64,000 nucleotides of DNA, taken from positions 493,519-557,518 of the forward strand of contig CAWFCQ010000008.1 in NCBI GenBank assembly GCA_963814375.1. The letters are read 5' to 3'. The DNA comes from an uncultured Chloroflexia bacterium. Lineage in GTDB: Bacteria > Chloroflexota > Limnocylindria > QHBO01. The translations under genes were made by a program, and so were the position numbers. This document shows positions 56,344 through 64,000 of this stretch, in pieces. Each line of letters begins with the position of its first letter. The first letter of the stretch is position 1. The notes below the pieces were generated by a model. It made no database searches. It saw only the letters and a list, made by a program, of their open reading frames with translations, and was not told where the DNA came from.

Positions 56344-57242
56344 GCGGCTTCACCGGAATCGGTCGCAGCCAGCGTCTCGTCGCGGCGGACCATTGCGAGG
56401 TAGGTGTCCTCGAGAGTCGCCCGCCTGACTTCCAGGTCCTCGACCGGTGGGCCGACGCGATTGAGGAGGTCGCGGACGAACGCGGTGGCATCGGCCGCCG
56501 ACTCGGTATGGCGGGTGCCAGCCTGGCTCCAGCGGACCTCGGCCGTCGTCGAGATGCGGCCGGCGAGCTCGTCGGCAGTGCCGTCGGCGACGATTCTTCC
56601 CTTGGCCAGGATGACGATCCGATCCGCCAGCTTCTCCGCCTCGTCGAGGTCGTGGGTGGTGAGGAACACGGTCGTCTCCTCGTCGTCCGACAGGCCGCGC
56701 ACCAGGTTATGGAAGTCGCGGCGCGCCTCCGGGTCGAAGCCTGCCGTCGGCTCGTCGAGGAAGAGGAGCTCCGGCCGGCCGATGAGCCCGATCGCGACGT
56801 CGAGCCGCCTGCGCTGCCCCCCGGAGAGGGTCGCGATGCGCTGGCCGGCCTGCTCCGGCAGCCCGACCACTTCGATCAACTCGTCGACGTCGCGTGGGCG
56901 TGCGCGTGCGGCCGTCGCATACGGGCGGTAGTACTCGCCGAGGTGATGGAGCAGCTGGCGCACCCGCCACTTGCCGTGGTCCCGCCACGACTGGAGCACG
57001 ATCCCAACCTGCGCGCGCCACGCCTCGTCCGCCGTCGCGGGGTCGGAACCGAGGACCTCGACCTCACCATCGGATCTGCCGCGGAAGCCCTCGAGGATCT
57101 CGATGATCGTGGTCTTGCCGGCCCCGTTCGGGCCGAGCAGCGTTACGATCTCGCCGCGCTCGACGGTGAAGCTGACGCCGTGCAAGACGTCCTTGGTGCC
57201 GTATCGCATGCGCAGGTCGCGCACCGCGACCGCCGAGTCCAT
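56340..57242 (-). CDS. ABC transporter ATP-binding protein
   Basis: GPNGAGKTT, LSGGQRRR, LFLDEPT, TTHDLDEA. Confidence 0.94.
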   Translation of the reverse strand: MDSAVAVRDLRMRYGTKDVLHGVSFTVERGEIVTLLGPNGAGKTTIIEILEGFRGRSDGEVEVLGSDPATADEAWRAQVGIVLQSWRDHGKWRVRQLLHHLGEYYRPYATAARARPRDVDELIEVVGLPEQAGQRIATLSGGQRRRLDVAIGLIGRPELLFLDEPTAGFDPEARRDFHNLVRGLSDDEETTVFLTTHDLDEAEKLADRIVILAKGRIVADGTADELAGRISTTAEVRWSQAGTRHTESAADATAFVRDLLNRVGPPVEDLEVRRATLEDTYLAMVRRDETLAATDSGEAA

Positions 57243-57314
57243 GGCCGCAGCCTAGCGCAGACCGGCGTGGGGTAGCATGCTCGGCGTCAACTCCCGCGTT
57301 CGAGGAGCTCCCGA

Positions 57315-57893
57315 ATGCCACTCTGGGGATGGATCGTCCTGATCGCGGTCGCGGTCATCGTCCTCTTCCTGATCTTCACCTACAACGGCCTGGTTCGGCT
57401 GCGGAACATGGTCGACGAGGCATGGAACCAGATCAGCGTCCAGCTGAAGCGCCGCCACGATCTGATTCCGAACCTCGTCAACGCCGTGAAGGGCTACATG
57501 GACTTCGAGCAGGAGACGCTCACGCGCGTCATCGAGGCTCGATCCGCGGCGGTGAGCGCCCAGCAGGGCGGCCCGGCGAACGCAGGCCAGGCGGCGCAGG
57601 CCGAGAACTTCCTGACTGGCGCCCTTCGGCAGCTGTTCGCCCTGGTCGAGAACTACCCGGACCTCAAGGCGAATGAGAACGTCATGCAGCTCCAGGAGGA
57701 GCTGACGACGACCGAGAACCAGATCGGATTCAGCCGCCAGCACTACAACGGCACCGTCCGCGAGTTCAACACGTCGGTCCAGACCTTCCCGAACGTCCTC
57801 ATCGCCGGTCTCTTCGGCTTCCGCGAGCGCGACTACTTCCAGATCGCCGAGTCGGACGCCGCGGTGCCCGAGGTGAACCTGCGGACCACTTGA
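57315..57893 (+). CDS. lemA: LemA family protein
   Basis: YNGLV, QLKRRHDLIPNLV, ENYPDLKAN, TENQI..SRQ.YN, FP. Confidence 0.95.
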   Translation: MPLWGWIVLIAVAVIVLFLIFTYNGLVRLRNMVDEAWNQISVQLKRRHDLIPNLVNAVKGYMDFEQETLTRVIEARSAAVSAQQGGPANAGQAAQAENFLTGALRQLFALVENYPDLKANENVMQLQEELTTTENQIGFSRQHYNGTVREFNTSVQTFPNVLIAGLFGFRERDYFQIAESDAAVPEVNLRTT

Positions 57894-57903
57894 CCTCAGG
57901 CCG

Positions 57904-58887
57904 ATGAGCGCCGAGGCGCGCCCGACGCCGACCACCTTCTATCGCGAGATCGATCGCAACCGGCGCCGGAGCTGGCTGCTGGTGGCGATCGTCGTCGTCG
58001 TGCTCGGCCTGCTCGGCGGAGCCATCGGCTACGCCAGCGGGCTCGGCTGGGGCGGCGTCGTCATGGCGCTCATCGTCGCCACCGCGATGAGCATCGGCTC
58101 GTACTTCGCCGGCGATGCGCTCGTGATGGCGACCAGCGGCGCGCGCGAGATCGACCTCGCCCAGCCGCCCGACCAGTTCCGGCAGGTGCTCAACGTGGTG
58201 GAGGAGATGCGCCTTGCCGGCGGCCTGCCGCGCCCGCGGGTCTGGATCATCGACGACACGGCACCGAACGCCTTCGCCACCGGCCGCGATCCGGAGCACG
58301 CCAGCGTGGCGGTCACGACCGGCCTGATCCAGAAGCTCGACCGCGAGCAGCTCCAGGGCGTCATCGGCCACGAGATGAGCCACATCGGCAACCTCGACAT
58401 CCGCTTCACGCTGCTGGTGGGTGTCCTGGTCGGGGCGATCGCGCTGTTGGCCGATTGGTTCCTGCGCTTCACGTACTGGGGCGGCGGGCGGCGCAGCAGC
58501 TCCGACTCGGACCGAGGCGGCGGGGGAGCGATGGCCCTCATCTTCGCGCTCGCGCTTGTCCTCTCGGTGGTCGCGCCGCTCATCGGGCGGCTCGTGCAGG
58601 CCGCCGTCAGCCGCAGCCGCGAGTCCCTGGCCGATGTCACCGCGGTCGAAATGACGCGCAACCCCGTCGGGCTGGCGCGCGCGCTGCGCACGATCAGTGA
58701 CGACGCCGAGGTGCTCGAGGTCGCCAACCGCGCCACCCAGCACCTCTACATCGTCAACCCGATCAAGTCGTTCGAGGAGCGCGCCAAGTCGCTGTGGGAC
58801 ACCCACCCGCCCATCGGCGAGCGGATCCGCGCGCTCGAGGCGATAGCCGGCCGGATGGGTGGGGTGGCTTCGTCCGGCACGGGCTGA
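57904..58887 (+). CDS. htpX: M48 zinc metalloprotease HtpX
   Basis: PNAFATG, HEMSH, SRSRE..AD, THPPI..RI; lemA-htpX pairing. Confidence 0.92.
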   Translation: MSAEARPTPTTFYREIDRNRRRSWLLVAIVVVVLGLLGGAIGYASGLGWGGVVMALIVATAMSIGSYFAGDALVMATSGAREIDLAQPPDQFRQVLNVVEEMRLAGGLPRPRVWIIDDTAPNAFATGRDPEHASVAVTTGLIQKLDREQLQGVIGHEMSHIGNLDIRFTLLVGVLVGAIALLADWFLRFTYWGGGRRSSSDSDRGGGGAMALIFALALVLSVVAPLIGRLVQAAVSRSRESLADVTAVEMTRNPVGLARALRTISDDAEVLEVANRATQHLYIVNPIKSFEERAKSLWDTHPPIGERIRALEAIAGRMGGVASSGTG

Positions 58888-58904
58888 CGAGGCACACAGC
58901 CGAC

Positions 58905-59381
58905 GTGGAGATCCTCGGGTCCGCCGAGGTCGAGGCGGAGCGCCTTCAGGCCTTCCTCACCGAGCAATGGCATGCCGAGGTTGTGGTCGCCCATGACGAG
59001 CCGATGCGCCCCGTCGAGCTGCCAGGCTTCGTGGCGGTCGACGACGGACGGATCGTTGGCCACGTCGCCTATCGGATCGCGGGGGACGCGTGCGAGCTCG
59101 TCGCCATCGCGGTCGACCCCCCGTGGCGGGGTATTGGATCGGCGCTGCTCCAGCGCGTCGTCGAGGCGGCTCGCTCCGCCGGCTGTGGGTTGGTCTGGCT
59201 GACGACGACGAACGACAACCTCGATGCGCTGCGCTTCTACCAGCGCCGCGGCTTTCGGTTGTCTCGGGTCAGGCCGGGTGCGGTCGACGAGGCGCGACGG
59301 GTCCTGAAGCCCGAGATCCCGTCGGTCGGCTCATATGGGATTCCGATGCGCGACGAGATCGACCTCGTTCTCGACCTCTGA
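58905..59381 (+). CDS. GNAT family N-acetyltransferase (start uncertain)
   Basis: RGIGSALL acetyl-CoA motif, TTNDNLDALRFYQRRGF. Confidence 0.88.
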   Translation: MEILGSAEVEAERLQAFLTEQWHAEVVVAHDEPMRPVELPGFVAVDDGRIVGHVAYRIAGDACELVAIAVDPPWRGIGSALLQRVVEAARSAGCGLVWLTTTNDNLDALRFYQRRGFRLSRVRPGAVDEARRVLKPEIPSVGSYGIPMRDEIDLVLDL

Positions 59382-59448
59382 ACCGCGTCCGTGTTGCGAC
59401 CCCTGTGCCGCCTCGGTATCCTTGCGACCGCCCCGAAGTGAGACGCGA

Positions 59449-59524
59449 GCCGAGGTAGCTCAGTCGGTAGAGCACCGCCCTGAAGAGGCGGGTGTCGTCA
59501 GTTCGATTCTGACCCTCGGCACCA
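59449..59524 (+). tRNA. tRNA-Phe(GAA)
   Basis: Anticodon arm CCGCC-CT-GAA-GA-GGCGG; 76 nt with CCA. Confidence 0.96.
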
Positions 59525-59555
59525 TCAACGCGGTATCATCGGGCACGATAAGCGG

Positions 59556-59631
59556 GCGGAAGTGGCTCAGTTGGTAGAGCATCACCTTGCCAAGGTGAGG
59601 GTCGCGGGTTCGAGTCCCGTCTTCCGCTCCA
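59556..59631 (+). tRNA. tRNA-Gly(GCC)
   Basis: Anticodon arm TCACC-TT-GCC-AA-GGTGA; ends TCCA. Confidence 0.97.
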
Positions 59632-59688
59632 TTTTCATGTCCTGCTGGGACGCGTGGAAGGCCGACCTGCTAGCGTGAGACGAGGCGA

Positions 59689-59762
59689 TGCCCCGTCGTC
59701 TAGTGGTAGGACAGCGGACTTTGGATCCGTTAACCGAGGTTCGAATCCTCGCGGGGCAGCCA
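59689..59762 (+). tRNA. tRNA-Gln(TTG)
   Basis: Anticodon arm GCGGA-CT-TTG-GA-TCCGT; U1-A72 pair; ends GCCA. Confidence 0.96.
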
Positions 59763-59777
59763 GTCAGGACGACCGGT

Positions 59778-59852
59778 GGCGACGTGCCCGAGTGGTTCAG
59801 GGAGCGGTCTGCAAAACCGCGTACACGGGTTCGATTCCCGTCGTCGCCTCCA
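59778..59852 (+). tRNA. tRNA-Cys(GCA)
   Basis: Anticodon arm GCGGT-CT-GCA-AA-ACCGC; U73 and CCA. Confidence 0.96.
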
Positions 59853-60213
59853 CCAACCTGAACGTGATAGAGGGCCGGGTTGCGCATGCACGCAAGGCCG
59901 GTCCTCCGCTTCCCGTGTCCTCAGAGGGCACTGCGATTTGGGCTAAGAGTGAATGTTCAGCGTGTCCAGGGCCTCATCCAGATAGAGCACCGGCACATGC
60001 ACGGCGCGAATCCCGAGCGCGACGGAGGACCCTGCGGTGAAGCGAATGCTGCTGGCCGGACACCAGCGAGAACCAGGCCGGCTTGTACTCGTGGGATGGA
60101 GACCACTGCGCATCGGCCCGGCCTAAATGGCCCCATCCTGATCGGACCCGACGGCTCGGAGTGGGAGCTCATCTCGCCCGAGTCAGGACCCTCTCCGAGA
60201 CCGTGCGCCTAGA

Positions 60214-60242
60214 GGCGACGTGCCTTCCAGTCGTCGCCTCCA
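60214..60242 (+). repeat. Internally deleted tRNA-Cys copy (minihelix or att-like repeat)
   Basis: GGCGACGTGCC equals tRNA-Cys nt 1-11, joined to TTCCAGTCGTCGCCTCCA, which matches the last 18 nt with one mismatch. Confidence 0.8.
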
Positions 60243-60260
60243 CGCATTCTGACCTCCAAA

Positions 60261-60298
60261 GGGGGGCCCGATCCGGCCATTTGCGGTCGGGCCCCTCC
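60261..60298. terminator. GC hairpin between the tRNA-Cys fragment and the convergent gene
   Basis: GGGGGGCCCGATC...GGTCGGGCCCCTCC inverted repeat. Confidence 0.55.
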
Positions 60299-60312
60299 GA
60301 GGTTCCCTGTCT

Positions 60313-61407
60313 CTACGGATTGACGTAGATGACGCTGCGCCCGTCGTCCAGCGTCCCGGCAACGAACCCGATGCTGGCTGCGCCGGCCGGTGCGGCCGTC
60401 AGCGCGCCCGCCCCAGTCGTGGTGAGCTCAGTGCCGGCGGCAAGGCCCGTCATCGCCGCGTTCGCCTCGACCGCCAACAGGCCGTCGGTCACGATCAGCA
60501 GAGTGCCTCCCGCCGTTGCACCGGCTTCCCCTCGAACCATGCGCTGCGAGCCGGTGCGTGGATTCGCGACGAGTGAGATTGACCGATCCGCAAGGCCGAT
60601 GACCTGGTCGCCGGCCGTTGCGCGGCGGACGATCAGCATGGGAGCACCGGTCGGGCCGGTTGTGACGCCGGCGATGGCTACCGCGTCACCTTGGGCCACG
60701 GCCTCGCTGGTCTCGACGGCCAGCACGGTTGTGCAACCGGTGCACGAGCCGACCTGGATGTCGCCGTCAACCACGACGTCGCCAAAGAAGTCGCCCGCGA
60801 GGCCCCCATCGGAGAAGTCCGATGCTGTGACAGCCACACCAGCCGGGCTGTTGTTGATTCCCCACACGCCGAAGTTGACCCCGGTGTCCTCCTCGACCGT
60901 GCCCACGACGCCGTTCCCACCGCTCGCGCGGGACTCACCGTAGACGCCGTTGGCGGAGCCCACGGAGGCATCGGTCGCGAGGTTGACGCCACGCACGGCA
61001 TCGGCCTCGTCTGCGCTCGTGGTTCCTGAAACCCCATCGTTGTTGCGCCCGTCGCCGAGGACGGCAGCGCCGCCGCCGAAGGAGCTGGCGTTCTGGGTGC
61101 CTACTACCGCGTACTTGTCTGCGGTCCCTGTGAAGCCCGCCATGCCAGTCGAGGTGGTGCTCTGAAAGAGGCCGCCGATTCCGCTGTTCGCCAACCCTCG
61201 GACCGCCCAACCGGCTCCCGTGTTCTGCGCGAAGAGCGTCTGCCCGCCATTGGACGACGTGACGACCGTCGACGAGGTGCCGGCCGTGTTATTGCGCCCG
61301 AGAAGCAGTGCGGATCCGGCGGCGCCGGCAACCACACCGGATACAAGCAGCGCCAGGGCGACCGCAAGGATCGTGGCGAAGCGGGCATTGCTGAGGAAGC
61401 GATTCAT
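60313..61407 (-). CDS. Secreted Gly/Ala-rich repeat protein (probable beta-solenoid)
   Basis: GGAGGAGG RBS, signal peptide MNRFLSNARFATILAVALALL, repeated (G/A)VxG units, CTGC, then a small C-terminal beta domain. Confidence 0.8.
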   Translation of the reverse strand: MNRFLSNARFATILAVALALLVSGVVAGAAGSALLLGRNNTAGTSSTVVTSSNGGQTLFAQNTGAGWAVRGLANSGIGGLFQSTTSTGMAGFTGTADKYAVVGTQNASSFGGGAAVLGDGRNNDGVSGTTSADEADAVRGVNLATDASVGSANGVYGESRASGGNGVVGTVEEDTGVNFGVWGINNSPAGVAVTASDFSDGGLAGDFFGDVVVDGDIQVGSCTGCTTVLAVETSEAVAQGDAVAIAGVTTGPTGAPMLIVRRATAGDQVIGLADRSISLVANPRTGSQRMVRGEAGATAGGTLLIVTDGLLAVEANAAMTGLAAGTELTTTGAGALTAAPAGAASIGFVAGTLDDGRSVIYVNP

Positions 61408-61636
61408 GGGTGGTCCTCCTCCACGTGCGTTTCCCGCACAAATGCGTTGCCCGTGCGGGCGATCGGGCTGCGCGTGGGCCACGTTAAGGCGTCGCGTGTG
61501 AGCACAGCTGACGACGCTGGGGCTCGGACCGCGTCGCGCGAAACTGCGACCCTCCGCTCGGGTACGTTACGCCCTGGGCGGACCAGTCGGACTTCCTGAG
61601 CGTGGGGCGACCGGGCTCCTCACTTCGGCGGCTGAT

Positions 61637-61927
61637 TTAGCGATCGGACTCCCACGTCCACGGCAGGCGGCGGCGATACGCCTCCGTGACGAGGCGCGCG
61701 ATCTCGGGACCTATCTCCGCCCGGACCTCGTTCTGCAGCTCGTCCCAGGCGAACAGGGCTGGGTGGTCATGGGGGAGGTGATCGAGAGCAGGGACCGGCG
61801 CGACAAAGACCGCATCGGCGAGGCCATAGCCGAACAGCTCCTCGTCAGGGTCAACGTCAGGCACGTGTTCGACGACCACTCGACTCGCGCCGGCGGTCAC
61901 CTTGCACTGGAACTCGGCATGCGCCAT
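61637..61927 (-). CDS. Hypothetical protein
   Basis: About 96-aa ORF with plausible composition; no recognised family. Confidence 0.5.
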   Translation of the reverse strand: MAHAEFQCKVTAGASRVVVEHVPDVDPDEELFGYGLADAVFVAPVPALDHLPHDHPALFAWDELQNEVRAEIGPEIARLVTEAYRRRLPWTWESDR

Positions 61928-62175
61928 CGAGCGTGCACACATCTGACGTCACCAGCTAGCTTGCGCGATTCACGTGGTGCGCGCATTGGCAAGATCAGGA
62001 CCAGATCCGCGCGATCACGTATTGCGGATGGTGACGTACACTGGCGCACGCTCACGGGGCGACTGCAAGACTGCCTGACGGGCTCGACTCCCCGGCGTCG
62101 CCCCCAGCATCTGAGCGTGAATGGCCGATCCGGGCGTACCGAGCGGTTCGGCACTTGCCTGCGGAGGGGTTCGGA

Positions 62176-62607
62176 ATGGCGCGTCTGGCAGCGATCGGCA
62201 TGGACGAGATGATCGTGCAGTGGATCCTGGCGCACATGGCGACCGTCGGCGCCGGCGAGGACCTTGCCGCCTACACGCCCTCGGCGGATGAGGGCAATCC
62301 GACGGTGTTCGTAGCCACCGACATCGGCCTCGTGCACGTCTCCGGTGAGCGACGCGGTCCGCGGGCGATGTTCAGCTTCCTCCGCTTCTCGGTCACCCCG
62401 TGGAGCGAGGTGGAGGGATTCGTCTTCCGGGCGGACGGCATGGCGCAGTTCCCCCAGGAGGCCGAGTGGCATCTGACCATCGAGAAGCCAGGACCCCTTG
62501 CCGGGAAGGCGCGCGCCGTCGACGGCGTGACCGACTGGCAGCTGATCGAGTTCGGGGGCACCTGCACCTACCTCATCGCGAAGGTGCGCGACGGGCAGCA
62601 GATCTAG
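62176..62607 (+). CDS. Hypothetical protein
   Basis: GGAGG RBS before the ATG at 62176; GC-rich third positions. Confidence 0.6.
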   Translation: MARLAAIGMDEMIVQWILAHMATVGAGEDLAAYTPSADEGNPTVFVATDIGLVHVSGERRGPRAMFSFLRFSVTPWSEVEGFVFRADGMAQFPQEAEWHLTIEKPGPLAGKARAVDGVTDWQLIEFGGTCTYLIAKVRDGQQI

Positions 62608-62620
62608 ACTGAAACCGATG

Positions 62621-62704
62621 GCCGGAGTGGCGGAACGGCAGACGCAGCCGGCTTAAACCCGGCGGCCGCAAGGCGTGGGGGTTCGAATCCCTCCTCCGGC
62701 ACCA
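62621..62704 (+). tRNA. tRNA-Leu(TAA)
   Basis: Anticodon arm GCCGG-CT-TAA-AC-CCGGC, variable arm GCC-GCAA-GGC, CCA. Confidence 0.96.
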
Positions 62705-62706
62705 AC

Positions 62707-63939
62707 TCATCCGCTACGGCGACGGCCGAAGAGCGACCTGCGCTCCTTCTTGGCTGCCGGCGCCGGCTGCTCGAAGCCGATGACGGCCTGCGCGACCCGC
62801 CGCAACGCCGCTGCGGCCGGGACCATCGGCCGGCCGATGACGAGCGGCACGCCCTCGTTGACCGACCGGATCATCTCGACCTCGGTGTACGGGATCTCGG
62901 CGGCCGGCTTGGCACGGAGCAGGTTCTCGACGTCCCGCGTTTTGAGCAGCTCCTTGGGGAAGATGTGGTTTACGACGAGGTGGGTTCGCGCCTTGAGCGG
63001 CGTCGTGTCGGCCAGAAAAGTCATGAGCAGGCTCATGGAGCGCAGCGCTGCGATCTCTGGGAAGAGAACGAAGACGTGAGCATCGGACTGCTCGATCAGC
63101 CACAGCGTCCGCGGGTCCAGCCGGCTGCCCAGGTCGACCAGGATGTGGTCGAACGAGGGCTGCATCAGCTCGACAATGCGCTGAAGGTGCTCGAGCGTGA
63201 CGCGGAAGTCCGCCTCCGGCCGGGATGGCGCCGCGAGGACGACCAGCCCAGACGAATGGGTGGTGAGGTAGGTGCGTGCCAGCTCCGGATCCGCCAGCGA
63301 CTGATCGTCGCTGGCTAGGCCGGCGAGGTCATACCGGGGCGTCAGGTTGAGATGGGTCGCGACCTGGCCGAACTGGAGGTCGAAGTCGATCAGGAGGACC
63401 CGGGACGCCGGGAGGGCGCCGTCGCCAGCCGCGGCGCCCCCGGTCGGCCCACCGCCGCCTGCCAGGAGCACCGCCGTGTTGACGGCCAGCGTCGTCGTCC
63501 CCACCCCGCCCTTTGGGCTGAAGAAGGCGACGAGCTCACCAACGCCGACGCCGGCGGTGCTCTCAGGATGGACCTTTCCGGCGCGGATGAGGAGCGCCAT
63601 CACGCGGCCGTCGAGCTCGTTGTGCGCGAAGCCGGTGGCGATCACGTCGTCCGCACCGGCCTCCAGGAACGCGATCCGCGCCTCGACGTCGTTGGCCGGA
63701 GCGACGACGAGGATCGGCGTCACGTGGCTGTCACCCGCCGTGCGGAGGGATGCGATCGCTCCGGAGGCGGCCAGGCCTTCCGCCACAATCAGGTCCACCG
63801 GGGCGCCGCGCATGGCCGCGACGGCGTCCGCCGGCGTCGTGACCGATATCGTTCGGTAGCCGGCATCGGCCAGCGTCGTCTCGAGCTCGGTCCGGAGCTC
63901 GGGCGCGCGGGCGCAGATCAGGATCGGATTGGAGGCCAT
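62707..63939 (-). CDS. cpaE: CpaE/TadZ-like pilus assembly protein (degenerate REC plus MinD/ParA ATPase)
   Basis: N-terminal REC-like domain (EAGADD), deviant Walker A SPKGGVGTTT, DFDLQFG, SVNEGVP. Confidence 0.82.
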   Translation of the reverse strand: MASNPILICARAPELRTELETTLADAGYRTISVTTPADAVAAMRGAPVDLIVAEGLAASGAIASLRTAGDSHVTPILVVAPANDVEARIAFLEAGADDVIATGFAHNELDGRVMALLIRAGKVHPESTAGVGVGELVAFFSPKGGVGTTTLAVNTAVLLAGGGGPTGGAAAGDGALPASRVLLIDFDLQFGQVATHLNLTPRYDLAGLASDDQSLADPELARTYLTTHSSGLVVLAAPSRPEADFRVTLEHLQRIVELMQPSFDHILVDLGSRLDPRTLWLIEQSDAHVFVLFPEIAALRSMSLLMTFLADTTPLKARTHLVVNHIFPKELLKTRDVENLLRAKPAAEIPYTEVEMIRSVNEGVPLVIGRPMVPAAAALRRVAQAVIGFEQPAPAAKKERRSLFGRRRSG

Positions 63940-64000
63940 GGCGTCCCGCGAGCGGGTGGAGATGATGGCGAGTATACGAGCCGCCCTGCCCGACGTTGGC

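Noticed and set aside
59853-62620. Prophage or integrative element with its own recombinase
   Set aside because: No integrase, transposase or clear phage structural gene in the interval.

Overview
High-GC (roughly 70%, estimated by eye) bacterial chromosomal window, probably Chloroflexota or a related Terrabacteria lineage (inferred from gene order, a Gram-positive-type LexA box and many leaderless-looking starts). 1-10.5 kb: a potassium-uptake cluster with a split KdpD, kdpE, two extra regulatory ORFs, two small membrane peptides, kdpABC and a KimA/YdaO-like transporter. It carries many single-base indels that look like long-read errors, as do polA and the TadG-like gene. 10.5-13.7 kb: an accessory islet at tRNA-Leu(CAA), an ECF sigma/anti-sigma pair and a J-domain protein. 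13.8-46 kb: a DNA-repair-rich core (polA, mutM, coaE, uvrB, UDG-like, uvrA, UvrD-like, NUDIX, uvrC, secDF, recJ) interrupted by a tadE-tadG-cpaB cassette, an ABC-2 exporter and a CelR/CebR-like LacI regulator with a GH1 beta-glucosidase. 46-59 kb: pyrF, tatAC, HDAC, rapZ-yvcK-whiA-tpiA-gpmI-secG, tRNAs, an ABC exporter and lemA-htpX. 59.4-64 kb: a tRNA cluster, an islet of unknown genes, tRNA-Leu(TAA) and a CpaE-like gene. Nine tRNA genes in total; no CRISPR array, rRNA, integrase or transposase seen. Best leads: a 29-nt tRNA-Cys minihelix just after a small ORF, the extended kdp operon with its candidate KdpE box, three phased TTACCG-N4-CGGTAA palindromes, and a candidate WYL/PafBC-type promoter at uvrB. 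All family assignments come from motif recognition; no database searches were run.
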